Of a stretch of DNA of 64,000 nt, positions 24,660-37,142 are shown in pieces. Both the position numbers and the translations under genes were made by a program. The notes below the pieces were generated by a model that did not search any database, was not told the DNA's origin, and saw nothing but the letters and a program-made list of their open reading frames with translations. The stretch comes from Spongospora subterranea f. sp. subterranea. Lineage: Eukaryota. Position 1 is the first letter of the stretch, and each line of letters opens with the position of its first letter. The stretch is from the NCBI GenBank assembly GCA_049724395.1, contig JAUGWO010000030.1, positions 1 through 64,000 of the forward strand, read 5' to 3'.

Positions 24660-26069
24660 TTAATTGGACCAAGCGTAGATCATACCATTTCGATTCCCAG
24701 TATAAACCGTTCCTGTTTGTTCACTGAAGCAAAGTGATGTGATATTATCCAGAGCTGCCCCTCTGGCAGAATGACCGTCAGAATCAGGACAAGAGATCTT
24801 GCCCAGAAGCGCTCCTGAAAATACGCTGGAGATGTTGATGCTTCCGCGTGTGCTGTTTTCACTAGTACAGTGAGATATAATCAAATCTTGTGATCGCGAA
24901 ATGAATATACTGTTCGAGTGAAAGTCTATCGCGAAATTTTACATCAGAAACTGCAAAATGAAATTGCTCGTAATTACCGGGTGTGAATAGGCAATGATCT
25001 TCAAACTTTGTGACAATTTGGCCTTTGAAATTCCAAGCATAGACCTGATTGCCCCGAAATGTCAAGAAAAGCTGGTTCTCATACAAAAATATGAAGGCAG
25101 AAGGAGTGGGAAAATCCGTTTGAGAGACTTCAATAAAACTGCCTTTGCAAACATCGACAATGATGAGATTTTCGCCGGCTTGCTTGATTAGAAGTTTTTC
25201 ATTGAACAGCTCGACAAAGTCAATCTTCCTATTCCTCTTGATTAGATGGTTGAATGTCTTAAGTTCTTTTCCATTTTCGATGTCGATGAGCTTCAATGGA
25301 AGATTTGACTTCGTATGTTGAATAACCAAGAGCATTATGCCCAGACTGACACGAACGGTTAGAAAACTATAATCATAGAAGTAAGGAAGGCATTAGACAG
25401 ACCTAACTTTGACTTCAGCGATCCTTGAATCGCAGAATGAATGGAGTGGAGAGTAATTGATAAGGTCCCAAACCTTATAATGGCTGATGAGATTACAATG
25501 TGAGAACACTTTTAGCCAAGAAAATAACGAGATACGAACCAGTTGCTGGCAGAATATGTTAAAATCTTGGAGTTGACTTCGTCGAACTCAATGAACCCAG
25601 GATATCGCAGAGATTCAGATTGGAACACCGGTATGCCAGATAACGGATTGCCTTCTTCTAAGGCGGAGATGGGAGTTGATCGGCATTTGAGGGAGCTGTA
25701 ATCATCATTACGGTAGACAGATACTGTAATGACAGTCCTATTGGCCTTGTTGTAGAAAAGGCTCCTGATGATCTCATCTTCGGCGATGTTCAGATAGCAA
25801 ACGCGCTGCAGCGTGTGAATCTTGAACGCAACACAAACGCCGGTCTGAGTCAGCGCTAACAAGAGATTCCCTGCAACCATCATCTCCGTAATATCAGATC
25901 GGCGCCTTAGCAGCGGCAGCTTGATCGCCGTATCGGGATCGTGCGTATCAGCGTCCGCATGCAAGCGCATATTGCAGAACCGTTTACGGTCCGTTTTCCT
26001 TCCAACCTGCCATGGGCATTCTAGCGTGCCGGTTTCCCTCGCTCGCAGGCGCCTCGTCAAGCACCTCAT
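24660..26069 (-). CDS. Conserved WD40-like protein (At3g54190-type family)
   Basis: IRSLFYNKAN..ITVSVY..SSLKCRSTP, FQSESLRYPGFIEFDEVNSKILTYSA, FPTPSAFIFLYENQLFLTFR, C-terminal TGNRNGMIYAWSN. Confidence 0.85.
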
Positions 26070-26834
26070 CTATAATGACGACACGACTATGACCACGACC
26101 CAATCGATAATTTCGAGCGATTTTTTCTCGTCACAGATCGTGTATGAGGTGTGTTCTGAATCTTGCGCCTTGTGGTGCGGGGCTGGGTCCATGGCTAAAG
26201 TCTGATCAGCGCAACGGGGGGCACTGGCCATCACACTCACGCATGTATACAGCACAGTCGACGACGATGCAGTATGGCTCCAGTGATGGGTGTACAATCC
26301 TCGGACTGGTTTGGACGGCGCAACCCGTACCCAGGGAACCTCAGTGGACGTGCTGGGGTCAGGCACTGTGTAGCGCCATTCCCAATTTCCCATACATCTC
26401 TGCATTAGCGCTGCATCACGTCTGCTGTCGATCTGTCGCTAGGTGACGGATCAGGCAGGTTGAGAACCCCTGGGCATTATTTCTAAAAGCCCCTTCCACC
26501 GTACGCGGCTTGTGGCAGCTTAGCTTGGGCGCAAACCCACCGTGACCGAAATGGCAGTTTCCTGGATGTGATTCATTTTTCCACCTGTCCAGTTTTGATA
26601 AATACTCGATATTACACACAGTCACAAGTTATGAACCTTTTGTTGCCGTTGCCGCCATTCCGGTGACCATTCCGTTGATATCCCTTGAACAACCAATGGT
26701 CTTCCACAAAGAACGAAATCATAAGAGAGAAGGTCGTCCAGACATTCTGTTCGTCCATTGTAGGTTCTTGTTCCCCTGTGTCCGCTGATCTCTGCGCTTT
26801 TTTTAGCTCCCTACAGAGATCTGTCGATCATAAA

Positions 26835-28019
26835 CTAAAAATATTTTATTTCGAAAACTTTTGGAGTCTGAAAGGCTTCATCCAACAGAGGCTGTGAGCA
26901 TTTGGCCTGGATCCTTGCAATGATGGCTGACAGTTCTTTGGTCGAATCGATCAACGGCCCAAACGCCAACCATTCCACATATAATCGGCAATCTCTCGGC
27001 AGCTCCGACAGCGCATTCGCCGCCTCGATCAGCAAGATTACTCGTATGTGGTTTTGCCGCTCCCTATTGATCATCTCTTTTCCCCTGGCTAGCATTTCCC
27101 TACTCGACCTCCCATCCTCCACCAGCATTCGAGAAATCTGTAGATGCCGATTCGACGTGGCGCTACACAGCGCATCGGAATCGTTGGCATGGGGTGAACA
27201 GCGCCCGTCTTTCAGCAATAGTTTCACGACATTCCGGTGACCCCTTCTGGCGGCATCCACCAACGCGCTCGACTCGATGGAATCGGGTTTCGCCCTACCA
27301 TCACTCAGCAGCAACATCACGATATCATCATAACCACCGGCAGCCGCCTCGCGCAGCGCCTCCGAACTCGAGGCGTCAGGATCGGACCGACCGTCCGCCA
27401 ATAAAAGTTTGACGACATCGGTGTGCCCGCAAGCAGCTGCCAAACGAAGAGCGGCTGAGTTCAAGGCCGACGGATCACTGCGGCCGTCGTGCAAAAGTAA
27501 TTCGACGAATCGGACATCGTTTCGTGAAGCCGCTTGACGAAGACAATATGATTCCAGGGCGGTCGGGTCACCACCGCCTTCCTTGAGAATGTACTCGACC
27601 ACGTTATAGTGCCCGTTCTTGGCCGCTTCGCGAAGTATTCCAACTGAGTCGATGTCGTCGGCGCCCGCCTCGTGCAGAAGGCGAACGATGTCACGGTGGC
27701 CATTGACAGCGGCGACTCTGATGGAGGATACCGCATTGGGATGACAATGCCGACTATGAAGGAGTAGACGAACTAGGTCGATATCGCCCTTCTCGATGGC
27801 GATAATCATTATTCCGTCAAGGCTGGTTGTGGCGCTCGAATACCCGTCAAGTATCGATTTGATACCTTCCAGGGATCCTATTGGCGATCAGTTGACGAAT
27901 GTTGGCGATGATTAGCATTGAATACCTTGTTGAACTGCCGCTATAAGCGGTGATAATTCTCCCAAATCATGATCTTGACAGCGCCCTCTGTCACTGAATA
28001 GATCTTTAAAGAATCTCAT
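26835..28019 (-). CDS. Ankyrin-repeat protein
   Basis: About 7 repeats of the type DP..S.ALR.AA..GH..VV.LLL.DGR; one intron near 27880-27925. Confidence 0.9.
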
Positions 28020-28280
28020 GCGACCGCTATGTCAAGCAACGAATTTGAATATGGAATCTGATTGACCCTTTCATCTTTTCCCGTCATGACCTAAACCCTT
28101 GTCAGGGTTTGCTGCCGAAGCCCTAACCATCACCAGTCCTTTGGTCAATGCACATGACATATTGATTGTGTTGCGTGTTTCACCCTGTTTGACCACCTTT
28201 CCCGGCGATTTCGACTTTGGCGCAATATTCCGGGTCCGGGTTGGAGAGTGACAGAGTCAAGGGGAAGGAGGGACCTGGCA

Positions 28281-29355
28281 ATGGTTATCAACCTATCTTA
28301 CCCTGATAATCATCGCCTCCAACATATATATAACATCTGCACAACCCGTTGGCCCAATATTATTCGCCATTGCCGCCACGACGATATTGCACAAAGTTGT
28401 TCGTTGCGATTTTTTCGGGGGCTTTCCAGTATCTGAACGATGACCTGGTACAGAGACGCTATTCTGCTTATCGCATGCTGGAATCTGCTCGCCCAACGAT
28501 CTATCGTTATTGACTGGGGAAGGTGAATCCTCCGAAGCAATATCGTTATTTGATCGACAACTGCAATTTCATGTCGACCATAAGTCAGTGTTCATATTCC
28601 TTTTCCCCAACAGCGTGTTGAATTGATACAGCAATGCGTTTGACATTTCGACTCATCTATCGTTCATTGCCGATGTCGCCACCCCTGAGGCTTATCGGAA
28701 GGTGTTAACAGGTTATTTATCGTTCATCCGCTCGAAAATCTATCCATATCTGATTATTAATCTTCACTGTTAGGAAAACGAATTGTCTTCCCGTGTGATA
28801 TCATCGTTGATCCTGTAAACAGTTCTACTGCTCCGGAGGACTCTTTAGAATATTTGTCGACACAACTTTCTGAGCTATTGGACAAGGTCGGGCCCGAGAA
28901 TATTGGAATTCCAGATATCGTACCTTCTCACGATAATATTGATCGGCTGATGGAGGTTCTGGAGTTGTTCAATGGCCAATATGATGAATCTTTGTGTCCG
29001 CTTATTGATTCTTCTAACGCTCATCTCAATCCCGACGATCCCCAGTCTATAGGTAGAACATTACTTTATATTGGATTACATTAGAATGGCATGATTTATA
29101 ACAAATTTACAGGGAATATTGGCTCTGTTGTTGAAAATATTGACGGGCACCTGGTCTGATTTTCAAGAAATCATGGGATCACTGCAGCAATTACGTCAGG
29201 GATTAACCGATCTGGCCAAGTTTGGTCAGGGGGGCCAGAACGATGGTGACGATACTGTCGTCAACCCCGCTACAATTGAGCGCCTTCGTTGTGAACTGGA
29301 CATATTATCAAAAGCTAGCCAGCACGCTCGTCGTCGTCAACATGGTGACAGGTAA
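28281..29355 (+). CDS. Hypothetical multi-exon protein
   Basis: Successive short ORFs linked by GT-AG introns, with a helical C-terminal exon. No family recognised. Confidence 0.45.
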
Positions 29356-29478
29356 TTTGCCTGAACCGATCACCATTGTTATTTTGAAAACTGAGCAGTC
29401 GCCGTACTTCCGATTGATACACTACAAACTATATATCATACAAACTTTAATAAATAAACTGTTTCGTTCAAATAATAA

Positions 29479-31065
29479 TCAGGTCGGTCTTGCTTTTTTA
29501 CTCGCGGCGGAATCTGATTGTTCACTTCGCCTTTTGGCATCTTTTTTCTTCTCAATAATCGTGGTGATTTGCTGCCATTGAGTGTTGAGCTTGGATTTTT
29601 CTTTTGACTTGATCTTATTCATCTTTCTGGCAGTTGGGCCCGACGAAGGTGCTTCCACCGGACGTTTGACATCATCATCGCTATCATATCCCATCTGGGC
29701 TCCAGCTGTATACTCGTCATAATCATAATCAAACAGTCGTTCAGCTTTGGATTTTTCTTCGGCGACAAGCTCCGGTTTATCGGACACCCCTGCTTGAGCT
29801 GCTGTCGCTTTCGCTAATAATATAACCCGATTCATGTCAACTTTAGCAACGTGTGCTGGCTGTGCGACTTCTTGTGGCTCATCTTCTTTCTCGAACATGA
29901 TTCGGCCTTTCTTAACATCTGCCGAATCGGCAGCTCGAGGTTCACATACATAGTCATCCAACCCTTCGAATATACTGCACAGCATGTCAGCTTTTACAAG
30001 ACAGTGAAAGCCAGCACAGACTCATCATCATCAGCAGGAATTGCTGTCGGTGGCTCAACGGGCGGGATTACCGAATCAGGAATCGGCTCATATTTGAGAG
30101 GCTTAGCACCTGATCTAATGAACCTCATCGCCTCGTTTAGCTTCGATCGGGTATCGTCAGGGAGTCCTATTATTAAGCGCTGTTAGAACAAGCTCGGTCA
30201 TCAGATTGGGAACCTCCATACTCGTGTTAACTAGGGGAGCCGTCATCCCACAATCTTCATGGCTACGCCGCAGTATAGTCGGCATCGATGCTGAACTCAA
30301 AGCATCGGTATCAAACTCATAAACCATTCGGCCTAAACATTTTGTCTTTAAGTTTTTGCCCGATAAAACCTATCACGCTTCGTACCTGGCAAGAATGTGG
30401 CTAACTGCGATCGTTGTCTGTTTACTCGCTTAGAGACTTGCGATATACATTTGTTGTAAATATTCCTAGCCATTTCCGAATTGAATCTCAACGATTCAGA
30501 GACAGCGACATCATTGCCAAGCTGGAAAACAAAACTTCAAAATTTTTAGTTTAACGAAACTCAGGCCCTCTTACCTTCGACTGATCGGCAGCTTCAGCCA
30601 TGGCTTGCTCTAGTTTTAACTCCTCTTCTTTAAGTTTCGCCTCACGGGAACGTTGGAGTAATAAATAATCGAGACCTTTGACAAGATGTGATCGATCCGC
30701 GTCACCTCCCAAATATTTACTGAGATGTTCAGGCAACGCCTCAACATCGATATTTGTCAACCCATCTTTCTCGGCTATTGCGTTATCGCCGGCAAGCTCA
30801 AGATATCTCGACGCTCTGTGCAATTGTAAATATAGTGCTTCGTAACCGTTTATCGATCTGGTTACAAACCTTGAGCTCTATCTCTGTATCCGGATGGAAG
30901 CAGACTGGGCGTTGTGGTTTTCGAGTTCCCTCTCGATTTATTAGGCCTCGGCAATGACGGCTTCGGAAACTTGGAGGTTTTCCTGGGCGTGTCTTCAACA
31001 TCGACACGCCTCGGTGTGGCAGCAATTCTCCTGAAATCCTCATTGGATAACCCTCCATTATCCAT
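29479..31065 (-). CDS. IK: Protein RED / IK spliceosomal B-complex factor
   Basis: LSNEDFRRIAATPR, YRDRA, SKYLGGDADRSHLVKGLDYLLLQR, C-terminal KLNTQWQQI. Confidence 0.9.
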
Positions 31066-32251
31066 TATAATGTAAATGGCCCTCAGAAGGCCGCTCGTGT
31101 GGTACTCACTTCCGTAACGAGATGTTACACCGACTCCCTGCACGTTACCAGCCGCAGCAGACCCCAGGCTCGCTCTCAACCGCACGGAGTTCTGGTTGAA
31201 CGAGCCGTGTCGACTGGCGGAAGACGGATCCGATCCTTTGGGCGCCGCAATGGCCCGCACCGCCAGTTGCGTCAGGGACGTGGTTTCTGGTGTGTAACAG
31301 CCAGTTGGACTGGGTTTCGAATTCTCTAGACTACGTTTCATCGCTCTTTAACAGATGGACCAACACGCTTGACCACGATACTGTGTTTAAAATGGGTTGC
31401 TGTTAGTGCCCCCCCCCCTCGAATTAGTCAGAGTACTGCGAGCCATTATGATACTCTTTGAGAGCTGCTGTGAGACCTCTGAAACCCATTTTGTTTATTC
31501 CCTTGTTGGAAGTATTGTTTTGTTTGTTGGAGAAAGATGTGGCGGAGCGGGCCACAGCACCGTCTGATGAAAACGGGGTTTCTCCCTGTCAAACAGCGGC
31601 GCTGTCGTGTCTGCAGCGAAACAATTGGCCAGATCATTTGGCCAGAGTCACGTCGTCAGTTTTTTGAAGTTCGGTTGTTCGGGTGGCTGTCCTTCCCTGG
31701 CAGGTGCTGGCAACCCCCCCCCCCTGATGAGAACTTCATTTCTCTCTGGTTTCAAAAATACGTGTAGCAGCGGTTTAGGGTTTAGCGCCATTGATTGGCA
31801 TGCTCTAAGTGAGAGGGGTTCTGTTCTGTTCCCAGTTTATCGTTGTGTATCGTGAAATGAGGAAAACCACCAATTTCTTCTCATTCTACTTGACACATTT
31901 CTGATGCCAAATACAAGTGTACAATGTCAAATCCTGAGTTCATCTTGGTTCCGGCATTCATGAAACCATTAAGAACGACTTTTGCCACAATTTTTTATAG
32001 AACAATTGAAAGCAGTGTTAGTTTCTGAGTATGACCTTCACAAGGTGTTGAACATTTATCGAAAATTGCAATAACACATATTCCTCTGTTATATCCCTTG
32101 CCTTGAACTGATTCTCGTTTCTCTCAATGTCGTATCAGCCTATCCGAGAAAAAACCCATTTGTCCCCGATTCTGTCCTGTAGTCTGTCCAAACTGGACAC
32201 ATTTGGCGAGTATTAAGCATGCGTCTAACCCCATAAGTACATGAGTCATCG

Positions 32252-35200
32252 TTGCCTTCTTCGAATGACTCACAACTGGGATTCCGGAAGTCAATGATTT
32301 CGGAAGTTCATCGTTGGTCACTGAAAATTTCATCCCTCGTCGGTGAAGCTGTCCTACCAAACCATCGATGGGGAATGAAGATGACAACCCCCCGAACGTC
32401 GTTGTCAGCGGTTTGGATCGCGATCCGACTGTCAACACGCCAAACTTTTCCAAAATGGGAATCGATGGATTCCGAAGCCGTTTTATCCAATTTAGAAACG
32501 TCGCCCAATGGTCTCAGCAGTGATGAAGCGGCAGATAGGTTATCGAAAAACGGCTACAATGAGATCAAAGTCCCGCGACCTCCTCGTTCGCGTCGCCTGA
32601 TGACATATCTATGGAGCCCATTGTCGTGGATCTTGGAGCTGGCGATCCTGATCGCGCTCATCTTTAGCCAGTGGTTTGACGCCGTCGTAATATTCGTCCT
32701 GCTCATGGCCAATGCGCTGATCTGTTTCTATGGCGAGCAAGCTTCAGGCAACGCCAGCGCTCTGGTCAAGGATCAGCTCGCCTTGAAATGCCACGCGAAA
32801 CGCGATGGGGAATGGGTTGAGCTCTACGCCGTCAAACTGGTTATTGGGGATATCGTTTCAATTCAAACTGGCGACGTTATCCCGGCGGATGTCAAGCTGT
32901 TAACCAATGGAATACTACGAGTGGATCAGACCGTATCCACAGGGCAGATTGAAACACAGAACAAAAAACAAGGGGATGTTTGCTTTGCTGGATCAGCTGT
33001 AAAATCAGGGACAGGTGATGCCGTTGTCGTTGCCGTTGGCGACGATACGGTATTTGCAGAAGCCGTTAATCTACTGTCGATTACCCACTATTCACGGTTC
33101 TCTCAAGTATTCGCCGCTATATGCAAAGTCGTGGTCGCGTTTATCGGCGTTGTGATTGTGCTGGAACTGGTGACGCAAATGGGTCTCCGAGGGCAATCGT
33201 GGAGGAGTGCGGTCGCCAATACCCTCGTCCTGATCATTGGCGCTGTTCCCATCGCAATGCCAGCGGTGCTGTCGGTGATCATGGCTTGTGGTACCATCGC
33301 CCTATCAAAGAAGGATATCATCGTCCGGCGTCTAACGGCTGTCGAGGAGTTGGCGTCAATGGACATTCTTTGCGCCAATAAATCAGGGACGATCACCTCG
33401 GGACGTCTTGACATAATCGGATCGGAGACGGCAACCTTCAATGGACATACAGCTGAAGAAGTCTTGTTTTATGCCGCCGTTGCTGCACTAACCGATTCTG
33501 ACGATGAAGTTGATAAAGCCGTGATCAAGGCGTGTCCTCAAAGCGATTCGTTGTGGACAGAACTGGAGCTATTGCATTATATTCCATTTGATCCTTTGCA
33601 AAAAAAGACGGTGGCGTCAGTTCGGGTTCGTGCTAACGGAAACACATTACGAGCTGTGAAAGGCGCTCCATGGATATTATTGACGATGGACAAGTATTCA
33701 GAGGCGATGCAAGCTGAAGTGTCAAGCAAGATCGACGATCTGGCCGGAAAAGGGTATGGAACTCTTGGTGTGGCGATTTCTCGTGATCCCGCCGATATGC
33801 CCATCGACCAGGTCCATTGGGAGATAATCGGTCTATTGGCTTTACAAGACCCCCCTCGTGAAGACTCAGTTCAATCGCTGATCGATGCGGAACAGGTCGG
33901 GGTGACCGTGAAGATGGTCACATCGGATCAGCTTTCTAGTGCGGTCGAGACGTGCGCCTTGTTGGGATTATCGTCATCGCTCAAGACTGGGTCTGATCTA
34001 GATTCCAACCCGGACCCGGAGTTCGTTGAAAACGCCGATGGATTCGCACAACTCTATCCTAAGCATAAGTTCGAGGTTGTGAATCGGCTTCAAAAGAAGG
34101 GACACGTTGTCGCGATCACAGGCGATGGAGTTCATGACTGTGCAGCTCTTCAAATGGCGAATATTGGCATTGCGGTCGCTGGCTGCTCGGAAGCATCGAG
34201 AGCTGCATCCGACATCGTTCTGTTGATGCCCGGATTAGCCGTCATTATCGACGCAATTCGTTTGAGTCGTGAAATATTCAGTCGAATGTATTCCTATGCG
34301 ACATACAGCTTGACGGTCTCGTTTCGAATAGTGCTGACGTTCGGATTTCTCACCATCTTCTACGATTGGTATTTCCCGGCTGTGGTGATCTTGTTCCTGG
34401 TCCTGATCAATGACGGAACCATGATAGCGGTTGCTCGTGACGACGCGGTTGGCAGTAAAACCCCTGATAGTTGGAACCTACGAGATCTGTTCATCAGGTC
34501 AATGGCGTTCGGTAGTTGGCTCGCGTTCGGCACTCTATTGCTGTTTCTCATTGCTCGCCATACCCCCATTCTGTCCGGCGCCCTCACCTTGGATTCTCTA
34601 CAATCGTTCGGGGGCTCGTTCAAAGTGGGAAAGAACTCGGACCCTTATTGCAACTGGGAGCTACATTTCCAGAAAAGCACCGCTCTAGGTGTGTGTAATA
34701 ATCTGATGGTTGAACCCAGACAATTTGAAGCTTCAGTTTGGAGGGAATACGTCAGGACCTACTCGATCGAAGGAGATCCTGATTGGCCATGTCATTTCGC
34801 ACTTGGCCAGGAAGTGTGCAATATTCAGCAGGTTCGCCTAGCTAAGCTTCGAAGTCTGATATATCTCGTGGTGTCCATCACTGGCCATGCGACCATTTTC
34901 GTAGTGAGGACGCCAGGATCGATGTGGAAGTCGCGACCCAGCAACGCGCTGATATTGGCGTTCGTGTTTGCCCAATCCATCGCCACCGTCATCGCTGTTA
35001 GTGGTTTCGGTAGAGTGTTCACAGCTCGTACCATCTTCATCGGAATTGGAGTGAAAGCCGCGGTGTTTGCTTGGTTCTGGTCAATTCTTCTAATAATTCC
35101 ACTTGACTTAATCAAGTTCATGATGGCAAAGCGTATGCAGCGTACTGGAGATGGTTCTGCAGGACAAGTTCAAGAGCAAGATGGTGAGGCGACAACTCCA

Positions 35201-35353
35201 CCAAGACAGTCAAATGCCTCGAATACAACAGGTGACGATACGAAAGATAGTGAGGCGACAACTCCACCAAAACAGTCAAACGCCTCGAATACAGCAGATG
35301 ACGATACGAGAAGAACCAGAACGAGCAAAGATATCAACAATAATCAAAAGTGA
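32252..35353 (+). CDS. Intronless P3A plasma-membrane H+-ATPase-like protein with degenerate catalytic motifs (candidate pseudo-ATPase)
   Basis: GLSSDEA, PIAMPAVLSV, KGAP, DPPRED and INDGT plus ~10 TM segments, but CANKSGTIT, TGQI, VTSD and TGDGVHD. The true start is uncertain (in-frame ATGs at 32294, 32375, 32465). Confidence 0.92.
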   Translation: MPSSNDSQLGFRKSMISEVHRWSLKISSLVGEAVLPNHRWGMKMTTPRTSLSAVWIAIRLSTRQTFPKWESMDSEAVLSNLETSPNGLSSDEAADRLSKNGYNEIKVPRPPRSRRLMTYLWSPLSWILELAILIALIFSQWFDAVVIFVLLMANALICFYGEQASGNASALVKDQLALKCHAKRDGEWVELYAVKLVIGDIVSIQTGDVIPADVKLLTNGILRVDQTVSTGQIETQNKKQGDVCFAGSAVKSGTGDAVVVAVGDDTVFAEAVNLLSITHYSRFSQVFAAICKVVVAFIGVVIVLELVTQMGLRGQSWRSAVANTLVLIIGAVPIAMPAVLSVIMACGTIALSKKDIIVRRLTAVEELASMDILCANKSGTITSGRLDIIGSETATFNGHTAEEVLFYAAVAALTDSDDEVDKAVIKACPQSDSLWTELELLHYIPFDPLQKKTVASVRVRANGNTLRAVKGAPWILLTMDKYSEAMQAEVSSKIDDLAGKGYGTLGVAISRDPADMPIDQVHWEIIGLLALQDPPREDSVQSLIDAEQVGVTVKMVTSDQLSSAVETCALLGLSSSLKTGSDLDSNPDPEFVENADGFAQLYPKHKFEVVNRLQKKGHVVAITGDGVHDCAALQMANIGIAVAGCSEASRAASDIVLLMPGLAVIIDAIRLSREIFSRMYSYATYSLTVSFRIVLTFGFLTIFYDWYFPAVVILFLVLINDGTMIAVARDDAVGSKTPDSWNLRDLFIRSMAFGSWLAFGTLLLFLIARHTPILSGALTLDSLQSFGGSFKVGKNSDPYCNWELHFQKSTALGVCNNLMVEPRQFEASVWREYVRTYSIEGDPDWPCHFALGQEVCNIQQVRLAKLRSLIYLVVSITGHATIFVVRTPGSMWKSRPSNALILAFVFAQSIATVIAVSGFGRVFTARTIFIGIGVKAAVFAWFWSILLIIPLDLIKFMMAKRMQRTGDGSAGQVQEQDGEATTPPRQSNASNTTGDDTKDSEATTPPKQSNASNTADDDTRRTRTSKDINNNQK
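35180..35311 (+). repeat. Two-copy 66-bp in-frame tandem repeat in the ATPase-like C-tail
   Basis: Units start at 35180 and 35246 and encode D[GS]EATTPP[RK]QSNASNT[TA][GD]DDT. Confidence 0.95.
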
Positions 35354-36472
35354 AGAACATTTCAAATCGATCTCCTCCTGAATAAAACCATTGTAGTGTC
35401 TTCATCATTGGTTTATTGGTTGGCAGTGACTTTTTTTGTGCACCCTATTATAATTCGATGACAAACTTTCTGAGGGTATGCAGTTACCAAAATTACTTAT
35501 CAAATCGCGTTTGTCCAAGATGAAAGCGAGAGGCGTCAATCTTGTATTGACGCCTACGTACCTGATGTGGTCGGAAAAGCAGTGCCTAATCATAAAACGG
35601 ATCCTTAAGTTTTGGTAAAGTTACAGATAATCCCCATAAAAATCGATTGGTTTTCATATCTTTAAGAAACGTTTGTGTGAAAATAACCTGTTTGATCACC
35701 TAGTCGTGAACGATGCTCCTCCATATATATCCAGGGCTCTGAATTTAGGTGTTTCAAAGTTTGAAGAACCCCTTTTTTTGTAAATAGCCCTAAACAATAA
35801 TCAAATCTATCGTTTTTCATGGGTTTTTGCTACAAATGCCGTCCAGATAGCCTTAGAGCCTGTTGACAGAGATTAACTGGACTTTGGATGGCGTTTTTAC
35901 GACATTTATGACCGATTTCATGGCTATAATCATTTTGGAAAAAATGACAAAACTAACTTAATTCATGAAATGAACTCTTCATAAATTTGATTAGTGAGTC
36001 AAATTAAAAAATCGCCCCAAGCTAATTCAGTTCTCCAGCACCTTCAGAAATCCAGCTGTCACGATATCACCACGATACAAGGCTATCACAGGGAAAATAG
36101 ACATCGCCATTATCGCGACAGCGCCATGGGAGACGATAGACACAGTGATATGCTTGAGCCAGCCACTTGATTGGAAAAATCAATGATTCTTCAACGATAG
36201 AAGAACGGAAGGATATTCAAATGATGAGGTAGATGGAAGCTACGTTATCGGCCATCCCCCGACGATGTAGCCATATCAGGCAACGATGTTCTTGGCCTGA
36301 ATGGTCGGGCACTGTCAATCACAATGCACTGTCATGAAGAAAAACGAGACCATCCTGATACGTGTCAAAATAGGGAATGAACGCCGAATGCGGAACGATC
36401 CTCAAAACAAATGCAGTCTGAATGATGAACCTGACACTCAATTAACGTAACCCGAATATGCACGACACGTAA

Positions 36473-37102
<630 letters not shown>

Positions 37103-37142
37103 CTTGACTGAATATTTTAGCTGCATTATCTTCCACTGTTTA

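Noticed and set aside
31772..31787. Telomere-like TTTAGGG snippets (also ~28090 and ~61128)
   Set aside because: Only one or two units; not arrays.
35531..35555. Perfect 10-bp hairpin AGGCGTCAAT/ATTGACGCCT as a Helitron 3' end or terminator
   Set aside because: No Helitron body or 5' end seen, and intrinsic terminators do not apply to this eukaryotic context.
35595..35900. Possible sixth, weak inverted repeat downstream of the pseudo-ATPase
   Set aside because: AT-rich and low identity; not distinguishable from chance by eye.
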